DNA from: an uncultured Kiritimatiellota bacterium
Lineage (GTDB): Bacteria > Verrucomicrobiota > Kiritimatiellia > RFP12 > UBA1067
Length of the DNA: 64,000 bases
Direction: 5' to 3'
NCBI GenBank assembly: GCA_934667425.1
Contig: CAKULV010000010.1
Span: forward strand, 2,297-66,296
Shown: positions 29,346 through 36,372 of the stretch, in pieces
How positions within the stretch are numbered: the first letter of the stretch is position 1
Layout: every line of letters begins with the position of its first letter
Program-made: the position numbers and the translations under genes
Notes under the pieces: model-generated
Seen by the model: the letters and a program-made list of their open reading frames with translations, nothing else
Told to the model about the DNA's origin: nothing
Databases searched by the model: none

Positions 29346-30644
29346 TCAGTGCCTGAAGCTGCGCTGCCCGGTAAATACCATCGCAACACCCGCATCGTTG
29401 CAGCAGTCGATTACGTCCCAGTCCCGGATGGCGCCACCCGGCTGTACGATGGACGTGATGCCCTCCCGGATGCCGACTTCCGCTCCGTCCCGGAACGGGA
29501 AGAACGCATCGGACACCATGGCGCATCCGATCAGCCCGCCCTTTTCGGCGCGCGTCTGCTCCATGATCTCGGCCTGCTTCCTTGCGCCGTCTTCCTCGCC
29601 GAACGCAAGCCTCAGGTCGTTGTATGGCTTATGGTACTTCTGCCATGCGATCCAGTCCGCATGCTTCGTGTAGGCCTTGTCCCTTGCGATCTCCGCCACG
29701 CCTACGCGATCCTGTTCGCCGGTGCCTATTCCGACGGTGGCCCCCTCTTTTACGTAGAGAACGGAGTTGGATGTCACGCCTGCCTCGACAAGCCAGCCGA
29801 ATACCAGATCCTCGTATTCCTTTGCCGTCGGAAGCCGCTTGATATTGTGTTCCTCATAGGACACTGCCCCCGTAGCCTTGTCCGTGATCTTGCGGTTGCA
29901 GTATGCGGGCAGGAAGTCTTCGGGCCTGCGCGCGTTTGCGCTGAACGACGTCTGCACCACTATGCCGCCATCTATCAGGCTCTTGAAATCGACCACGTGC
30001 TTGGCCACAAAATCGGTGAGGCGCGACATGTTGCGGATCCTGAACACACGCAGGTTCTTCTTTGCCGCGAACACATCCATCACGCCGGCCGCGAAATCGG
30101 GGGCGACAACCACTTCGGCATAGTTTTCGCATATGAGCTTCGCCGTCTCGATGTCGCACTCGCGGTTGAGTGCGATCGCTCCGCCGAATGCGGCAAGCCT
30201 GTCGGCCTTGTTCGCGCGGTAGTACGCCTCGGCGAGCGTGGATCCGGTGGCGACGCCACAGGGATTGTTGTGCTTTACGATCACGGCGCACGGCTTGTCC
30301 ATCAGATAGCGGAGGATGTTGAGCGCATTGTCCGTATCGGTTACGTTGGTCTTTCCGGGATGCTTGCCGCTCTGCAGAAGCTCTGGCACGGACGCAAGGT
30401 ATCTTCCAGGCTGGACCATCTCAACGTCGCCAAGAGCAAGGTTCCCGTTCACCAGCCTGTACAGGGCCGCGCTCTGCCCAGGATTCTCGCCGTATCTCAA
30501 CCCCTTCTTCTCGCCGGCGATGTTCCAGGTGACCTTCTCGTAGTGGAGTGTTTCACGCTTGGCGCCATCAATGAACGAAATCTCCATCTCTGGCGCGAAA
30601 TTATCCGCCTCGATTGTCTTGTACGCCTCTTTGAGATCTTTCAC
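29346..30644 (-). CDS. purH: AICAR formyltransferase (PurH C-terminal domain only; no MGS/IMP-cyclohydrolase domain)
   Basis: Motifs LRYGENPGQ, VIVKHNNPCGVA and VSDAFFPFRDG..IVQPGG are present. The protein ends ..FTGQRSFRH. Start is moved to GTG 30644, 7 nt after GGAAGGA, because a TGCTATAAT box (30702-30710) lies inside the longer track ORF (to 30728). Confidence 0.8.
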   Translation of the reverse strand: MKDLKEAYKTIEADNFAPEMEISFIDGAKRETLHYEKVTWNIAGEKKGLRYGENPGQSAALYRLVNGNLALGDVEMVQPGRYLASVPELLQSGKHPGKTNVTDTDNALNILRYLMDKPCAVIVKHNNPCGVATGSTLAEAYYRANKADRLAAFGGAIALNRECDIETAKLICENYAEVVVAPDFAAGVMDVFAAKKNLRVFRIRNMSRLTDFVAKHVVDFKSLIDGGIVVQTSFSANARRPEDFLPAYCNRKITDKATGAVSYEEHNIKRLPTAKEYEDLVFGWLVEAGVTSNSVLYVKEGATVGIGTGEQDRVGVAEIARDKAYTKHADWIAWQKYHKPYNDLRLAFGEEDGARKQAEIMEQTRAEKGGLIGCAMVSDAFFPFRDGAEVGIREGITSIVQPGGAIRDWDVIDCCNDAGVAMVFTGQRSFRH

Positions 30645-30701
30645 CTGCAATTCCTTCCGTTTGCCAGTCCGGCGGACACTTCCGCCAACAAAACTTTGAG
30701 T

Positions 30702-30710
30702 ATTATAGCA
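30702..30710 (-). promoter_or_regulatory. extended -10 box TGCTATAAT upstream of purH
   Basis: Minus-strand TGCTATAAT. The roughly 50-nt leader contains the hairpin GGCGGA-AGTG-TCCGCC. Confidence 0.4.
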
Positions 30711-30767
30711 CAATTCGGATGAACGCATTTGGCATTGACCCTCATCCGCACTCCCCCGTTGCGAAGG

Positions 30768-32051
30768 CTACGATATGGCCGCGAGTATTTCCGGCAGGAG
30801 CTGCTTCTTGCGCGAAAGTACGCCAGGAAGAAGCCACGTGCCGTTTTCACCGAGGCGATACGGCAAGGCCCGGCGCACGGAATCCGCGCCACTGAACAGC
30901 AGCTCCGAATAGCCTTGCACCGGATCGGTGACCATGAGCGCCATGAAATCAAGGCCCTCGCTCTTCACCCGCGCATCCATCGCATTGGAGAGTTCCCGTA
31001 TCTGGCGATGGAAAACGGCGAGGTTCGACTCTTCGATCTGGGCGAGCGCAAATCTCATGCCGCTCTCCGAATACGTCTTGGAATCGCTCGCGATGGCCGC
31101 CTCTGCGGACATCGATGCGAGGGGCGAGGCCACAGATGAGAGCCCCTCGAATATCGACGACGCCGTCTCCCCACAGATCTTCTCAAGCCAGCCGCACATC
31201 CTGCGATCCGTCTCTGTGGTCGTCGGCGACTGGAAAAGGAGCGTATCGGCGACTATGCCCGCGATGAGCACTCCGGCCATCTCCCGCGTCGGACGCTCCC
31301 CGACGCCACGGAACATCTTTGCGACGAGGGTGCAAGTGGAGCCTACGGTGTCCGCAGTGTACTTGATCGGGTCGCGGGTGGCCGAGAATGCCATGCGGTG
31401 GTGGTCCACAACCTCCACCACGGGGATCTCCTCAAGGCCGGGTATGCCCTGCTCCGTCTCGTTGTGGTCCACGAGGATCATGCTGAACGGAGGCTCTTCC
31501 GCAAGCGCGCGCTTCAGGAACGTGCCGAGGAGCATTCCCTTCTCGTCAACCACGGGGAAATGGTTGTGGGGATTCTTCAGCACGGCCTTGCGGATGTCGT
31601 GCACCCTGTCGGTATCGACGAGCGTCTGGGCGCAGCTGTGCAGCGGAGCATCGCCGACCGGCATCGAAAGGTCGGACTTCGCGATGAAGAGCGAAAGTAG
31701 CTTGGACGGAGAGAGCATTCCGGCGAACTTGCCGTCCGCAGCATGTACAGGAAGCGACGACTCGCCGCTCGCCTCAAGTATCTTCAGCGCCTCCACGAGC
31801 GGCTGCGTCGCGTCGATCATCGGAAGCGTCGTGTCCATGATGTCCTTGACGCGCACATAGACGTCGCGCTTTGCCCGCAATGGCTTCAGATTGAAGTGGT
31901 CAAACACCCAACGCGCCTTGTCCGGAAGGATGCCGGCGCAGATCGCCTCTGTATCCTCCGACCCGGTGCGCCGCCTAAGGTCGGCGAGCGCGTACGCGCT
32001 CATTACGGAATCAACGTCCGGATTGCGATGCCCACAAACGAATGTCCTCAC
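30768..32051 (-). CDS. CBS-domain-containing family II (DHH/DHHA2) inorganic pyrophosphatase-like protein
   Basis: Motifs GHRNPDVDSVMSAYA (DHH motif I), an inserted CBS pair (VKDIMDTTLPMI..), ILVDHNE and VVDHHR are present, followed by a DHHA2-like C-terminus. GTG start after AAAGGG. Confidence 0.75.
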   Translation of the reverse strand: MRTFVCGHRNPDVDSVMSAYALADLRRRTGSEDTEAICAGILPDKARWVFDHFNLKPLRAKRDVYVRVKDIMDTTLPMIDATQPLVEALKILEASGESSLPVHAADGKFAGMLSPSKLLSLFIAKSDLSMPVGDAPLHSCAQTLVDTDRVHDIRKAVLKNPHNHFPVVDEKGMLLGTFLKRALAEEPPFSMILVDHNETEQGIPGLEEIPVVEVVDHHRMAFSATRDPIKYTADTVGSTCTLVAKMFRGVGERPTREMAGVLIAGIVADTLLFQSPTTTETDRRMCGWLEKICGETASSIFEGLSSVASPLASMSAEAAIASDSKTYSESGMRFALAQIEESNLAVFHRQIRELSNAMDARVKSEGLDFMALMVTDPVQGYSELLFSGADSVRRALPYRLGENGTWLLPGVLSRKKQLLPEILAAIS

Positions 32052-32074
32052 AGAAAGCCCTTTCTTTGATGCAT

Positions 32075-32083
32075 ATTATACCA
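32075..32083 (-). promoter_or_regulatory. extended -10 box TGGTATAAT upstream of the CBS-PPase gene
   Basis: Minus-strand TGGTATAAT, 23 nt upstream of the GTG start. Confidence 0.4.
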
Positions 32084-32168
32084 CGCTCGCGCATTGTCTG
32101 GCACATGGGCCGTAAGGCGGAAACGAGTTTGCCACGTGAAAAAATGCACAAACAGGAGAACGACCGCC

Positions 32169-32214
32169 GTAATGGGTTGGCTATGGCGCTTGCGCAGTCC
32201 TCTATCCCATTACG
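32169..32214. repeat. 9-bp perfect inverted repeat CGTAATGGG / CCCATTACG with 28-nt spacer
   Basis: Arms lie at 32169-32177 and 32206-32214. The spacer contains the mini-palindrome GCGCTTGCGC. The element lies 25 nt downstream of the metallophosphoesterase stop. Confidence 0.6.
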
Positions 32215-32238
32215 TCATCTGGCGGCGGCCCCTTGCCG

Positions 32239-33711
32239 TCAGAGCTGAAGCGTTGCGGAGATAGGCTTCCCCGGCCGTCCGAACGCATTGTACGGAGTGA
32301 CCGTGAAGCGCACTGGGCGGCGGCTGCGGGGCGAGGCAGGGACCTCCGCCCCCGAGAATACGCAGGTGACGTCGTTAGTGTCATGCCGCTCCGCCATATA
32401 GCACTTGCCCGAATAGACCCACTTCTCGCACGCGACGCGTGTCCAGTGGTGCTTTGTGATCTCGGCTGTGACGCGGTAGTCGTAGGCGCGCGCGTGCGCC
32501 GAGTCGCTCTTCGCCGCCGGGAAGGAGACGACGTACTGGAGATTCGTGTTCCCTGCGCGATCCGGCCCCCTGCGCGTCGCAACCTCCACCTTCGCGCCCT
32601 GCGGGAAGCGGACCGGCTTCGCCTTGTCCGCGCGCGCCTCGAAGGACGACGGGCTCTCGCCGTCCTTGGGCAGGCGCACCGTCCAGTCCTCCGCCACCTT
32701 CTCGAGGAAATCTACGTTCCAGCGCTCGAAGACGATGCGGTCGCGGTAGACGTTCATCAGCAGGAACTGCCCGCCGTCCGCCGCCGGGCGTATCTTCGGC
32801 ATCTGCTGCGGCGGCTCCGTCGGCACGTAGCCGTCCGCCGAGGCCCAGCCGTTCTCGTGCCCCGCGCCGGTCTGCACGCACTCGAGAGCCGGCACCTGCA
32901 CGCAGGTGAACGCGCCCTGCCAGAGGCTGTACTCGCTCGTCGCGCTCTTGTGGCGGTGTCCGCAGAGGGCGACGGCGTTCGGATAGTCCTCGAGGATCGC
33001 CCGCGTCGAGCCGTCCGTCGTGGCCTCGCCCTTCGCGATGACCGTGTCCTTGATCGGCTTGTGCTGGATGTAGAAGAACGGCTTCGCGCGGTCGAAGCTG
33101 TTCGTGGCGAAGAATTCCCTCAGCCCCGGGATGTACTCGCCCCAGCGGGCTATCTTGCCCTCGTCGCAGCTCCGCCCGTGCCCGTCCTCGCGCATCGTGA
33201 AGTGCGCCATCACGAAGTCGTAGCCCTTCACCGTCTTGCGCATGATCGGCGCCCACGGCTCCTTCAGCGCCTCCTCGTAGACCCGCCCGCGCCCGTAGGT
33301 CGGGATGTCGCGCGCCGCGATGTACTCCCGAGAATATCTCCGCGTGATGTTCGGGTTCCAGAAGTTCTCGATCTCGTGGTCGCCGTAGACGAAGACCTTC
33401 TCGATCGGCTGTCCGTCCGAGCGGCGTCCGTCCGGGAAGGCGTCGAACCAGACCTGCCCGAAGGCGCGGAACCACGCGTGCCAGCCAAGCTCGACCATGT
33501 CGCCGCTGATGGCCACGGCGTCGGCCTTTCGCGCGTCGAAGAAGCCGTAGGCCTTGCGGAGCCGCTCGACCTGGCGGCCGCCGTTCTTCTGCTCGGGCTG
33601 GATGTGGACGTCGGACAGGAGGCCCACGACCAGCTCGGGCCTCTCGGACTTGGCGACTGCGGCCAGCGACAGCAGCGCCAGCGCGCACGACAGCGGATTT
33701 CTCGTCTTCAT
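32239..33711 (-). CDS. secreted calcineurin-like metallophosphoesterase
   Basis: Start is trimmed to ATG 33711 (AAGGAGGG SD; signal peptide MKTRNPLSCALALLSLAAVA). Motifs LLSDVHI, SGDMVELG, YGDHE and CGHRH are present. Confidence 0.75.
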   Translation of the reverse strand: MKTRNPLSCALALLSLAAVAKSERPELVVGLLSDVHIQPEQKNGGRQVERLRKAYGFFDARKADAVAISGDMVELGWHAWFRAFGQVWFDAFPDGRRSDGQPIEKVFVYGDHEIENFWNPNITRRYSREYIAARDIPTYGRGRVYEEALKEPWAPIMRKTVKGYDFVMAHFTMREDGHGRSCDEGKIARWGEYIPGLREFFATNSFDRAKPFFYIQHKPIKDTVIAKGEATTDGSTRAILEDYPNAVALCGHRHKSATSEYSLWQGAFTCVQVPALECVQTGAGHENGWASADGYVPTEPPQQMPKIRPAADGGQFLLMNVYRDRIVFERWNVDFLEKVAEDWTVRLPKDGESPSSFEARADKAKPVRFPQGAKVEVATRRGPDRAGNTNLQYVVSFPAAKSDSAHARAYDYRVTAEITKHHWTRVACEKWVYSGKCYMAERHDTNDVTCVFSGAEVPASPRSRRPVRFTVTPYNAFGRPGKPISATLQL

Positions 33712-33773
33712 GGCATTTCCCTCCTTGATCGTCTCTGCGTCTTGCACGTCTGCGCACCCTGCCCGACACCGCG

Positions 33774-36338
33774 TCAGATCATCGGCATCCAGTCACGCGG
33801 CACGGTCGGGTTCGCCTTCTCGTGGCGAGCGTCCTCGTCCGCCGCCGCCTTGAGCGCGGGACGCCGCACCTCGTAGGCGCGGTCAAGCGCCGCGCGCGTC
33901 AGCACCGACCGGGGCGCCACGTCCGCGCCTTCGGGCACGAGCTCGAAGACCTTCGTGCGCATCGCGCCGACATGCAGACGAATCCCCTTCTCCAGCTCCG
34001 CCGCCGACCAGAGCGACGTCTCGGCATCCTTCGCATAGAGGATGCCGTCCTCGTCGACCACGCGGAAGCGTCCATCCAGGCCGCGCGCGCGCAGGTCGAA
34101 GAACGCCTCGCCCTTCTGCCAGAAGTTGAGCGCCGCGACGATGCGCCGCCCCTTGTGCGCGAACGCCTTGAGCTGCAGGAGCGCGGCGTTCCGGCTCTCC
34201 GGCAGGTAGCGCGTCGCGTAGGAGACGGGCGTCGCGAATTCCGCGACGGGCGTCGCCTCGACGTCCGCCGTCACGTCCTGCCCGTCCCAGACGAAGTCCT
34301 CGTAGCGCCCGGCGCGGGCGGACGCCTCGGCGTAGTGACGCCAGAAGCGCGCGTCGCATCCCCTCGGGAAGAAATAGCCCATCGTCGCCTGCCAGCGGTT
34401 GAAGAAATAGGAGTCGAGCGCGAGGGAGAACACCTCAGGCACAGTGACCCACGAGTCGCATTGGAAGCCCTGCGGATAGGCCATCAGATTCGGACAGCGC
34501 CCCTTCGCGCAAGCCTTGTCGAACTCGCGGCGAAGGTCGGCCGCGGCAAAGAACGGCGCGAGCGGCTTGTTCTTGCGGTATGCATAGGGCTTATCGGCCT
34601 CCCACGCCGCATACGGGCCCCACGGCTCGATCCATTTGAGTTCGTCCGCGTAAGCGAAGGGACGGTACTGCGCGGCGAGATCCTCGTCCTGGCGGCACGA
34701 CGACATGTCCGCCCATTCGACGCCCGGAATGAATCCGAAGCTCTCCGCCCCGCCGGTCATCTCCGTGACGTATCGGTCGACAAGGCGGATGATGCGCGCG
34801 TGCTCGCGCGTACGGAAGTCGCTCCAGGCCTTCCGGTGCTTCTTCACGAAGCCCTGCGGCACCGTACCCTTCGGCCAGTCCTTCGCGAGAGATTCCTCGC
34901 TCATGCCTGAGAACGCGCGGAACGCCTCGCGGCAGCGGTCGCAGTAGCATCCGGCGTCATTGAAGTGGCACGGCTCCCAGTTGGCCCAGAGCCCGGAGGC
35001 CCCCTCAAGCTCCCTGCGCATCTTGGGCACCCAGACGCTTTTCAGCCACTCGCTGTCGCTGTAGACGGCGATCGGGCAGATGGCGCGCTTCTCGAAATCA
35101 CAGTTCTCTCCGCGATTGTGGACGAAGCGGACGCCCTCGGGTATCTCCTGGTTCCAGTTGAAGTCGTAGCCGTTCGCGCAGGAGTCCGAGTTGGCGAATA
35201 CATGCGGAATGCCGTTCGCGCGCGCGAGCCTGCGGCAGGCGGGGGTGTCGCCGTTGGCGATGAGTCCGCGAACGCCGCAGTCGGCCATGAAGCGGAAATG
35301 TTCGGCCCGTGCGTCGTCGCCGTTCATTTCACGGTAGTACGAGGCTGCGCCGTAGTCTACGCCGTTGAAGTAGCGTTTCGCCGCGCGCACGGGCGCGATC
35401 GGCGGCACGACGGAGAAGTCGATCCTCGGGATCGCGCAGACGTCCCGGTCGCCGCACGTCACCCGCACCGAGCCGACGCCCGACGGGCCCTCCGCCGCGT
35501 CCGCCGCCGCGCGCACTAGAATGCCGCGCGTCCCCCACGTGCAGAAGCCGCCCGTCGAATAGAGGCGCAGCCCCTTCCAGCGGAACGTCGTCACCGTCGC
35601 GCCGTCCGCGCTCATCTCCGTCTTCTTCGTCGCGAGGTCGCCGAACGACGTGTCGACGAACTCGATTCCCTTCGGCAGCGTCACCTCGACCGCGTAGCGA
35701 TCCTCATCCAGCTTTGCGTCCGCCCGCTTGTTGAAGTAGAACATCAGCGCGGCGACCTGCCCGCGCGAGACGGCGAACGTGTTGCCGAACTCGTGCATCG
35801 TCGCCAGCTTCATCCGGAGCGGCGGCGGATCGGGCAGGCGCACGATCGCGAGATCCTCAAACGCGAAAGTGGCACCTTCCTTTAGGCGGATCGCGAACGT
35901 GAGCGCCGTCGCGCCCTTCGGCGCGTCGAACTCGCCGCGCCAGGGCATCCAGTCGCCGCTCGCCGTCAGCAGACTGAGCTTGACCGTGTTCGACGCGCCG
36001 ACAAAGCCGATGAGGAATCCGCCGTTCGAATGCACCTCGTGGCGGTAGTCCGGCGACTGCGTCGATTTCAGGCGCATCGACAGGGCGTAGCGGGCGCCAC
36101 GGTCATCCGGGAGCGGGACCTCCGCCGTGAAGCCAATGCCGCCCGCCGTCGCGCCCTTGACGAGGTTGTCCTCCGGCGCGACCGCCGGGAATCGCCGGCG
36201 CGAGATCGCCTCCAGGTCGAACGTCATGCCGCCCGGATCGAGCGTCGCCGCCGGAAGCCCCTTGTCATAATCGGCCGCGCATGCGGTCGCCAGCGCAAAC
36301 AGCGGCAGGCACAGGGAGAATAGAGATGCGTTTGCCAT
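33774..36338 (-). CDS. secreted hypothetical protein (854 aa), family not recognised
   Basis: Start is trimmed to ATG 36338 (AAGGAG SD; MANASLFSLCLPLFALATACA). Coding periodicity is strong and GC very high. Contains WANWEPCHFNDAGCYCDRCREAF. Confidence 0.6.
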   Translation of the reverse strand: MANASLFSLCLPLFALATACAADYDKGLPAATLDPGGMTFDLEAISRRRFPAVAPEDNLVKGATAGGIGFTAEVPLPDDRGARYALSMRLKSTQSPDYRHEVHSNGGFLIGFVGASNTVKLSLLTASGDWMPWRGEFDAPKGATALTFAIRLKEGATFAFEDLAIVRLPDPPPLRMKLATMHEFGNTFAVSRGQVAALMFYFNKRADAKLDEDRYAVEVTLPKGIEFVDTSFGDLATKKTEMSADGATVTTFRWKGLRLYSTGGFCTWGTRGILVRAAADAAEGPSGVGSVRVTCGDRDVCAIPRIDFSVVPPIAPVRAAKRYFNGVDYGAASYYREMNGDDARAEHFRFMADCGVRGLIANGDTPACRRLARANGIPHVFANSDSCANGYDFNWNQEIPEGVRFVHNRGENCDFEKRAICPIAVYSDSEWLKSVWVPKMRRELEGASGLWANWEPCHFNDAGCYCDRCREAFRAFSGMSEESLAKDWPKGTVPQGFVKKHRKAWSDFRTREHARIIRLVDRYVTEMTGGAESFGFIPGVEWADMSSCRQDEDLAAQYRPFAYADELKWIEPWGPYAAWEADKPYAYRKNKPLAPFFAAADLRREFDKACAKGRCPNLMAYPQGFQCDSWVTVPEVFSLALDSYFFNRWQATMGYFFPRGCDARFWRHYAEASARAGRYEDFVWDGQDVTADVEATPVAEFATPVSYATRYLPESRNAALLQLKAFAHKGRRIVAALNFWQKGEAFFDLRARGLDGRFRVVDEDGILYAKDAETSLWSAAELEKGIRLHVGAMRTKVFELVPEGADVAPRSVLTRAALDRAYEVRRPALKAAADEDARHEKANPTVPRDWMPMI

Positions 36339-36372
36339 TGTAAGTACTCCTTTCCTTGGGTTTATCGTCGTG

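Noticed and set aside
30645-30710. Possible ZTP (pfl) riboswitch in the purH leader. The leader contains a GGCGGA-AGTG-TCCGCC hairpin and CCGCCGGACTGGC.
   Set aside because: The leader is only about 50 nt. It lacks the two-subdomain architecture and the conserved GGGUCGUGAC / CCGCCUGGGC elements as I recall them. It is probably a simple stem-loop.
32042-32248. 68-aa + strand ORF filling the whole 32.05-32.24 kb intergenic gap. A similar case is the 82-aa ORF at 49487..49735.
   Set aside because: There is no SD or promoter in the right position. Both start inside or antisense to neighbouring genes, and their composition is not protein-like. The region is better explained by the inverted repeat and promoter elements.
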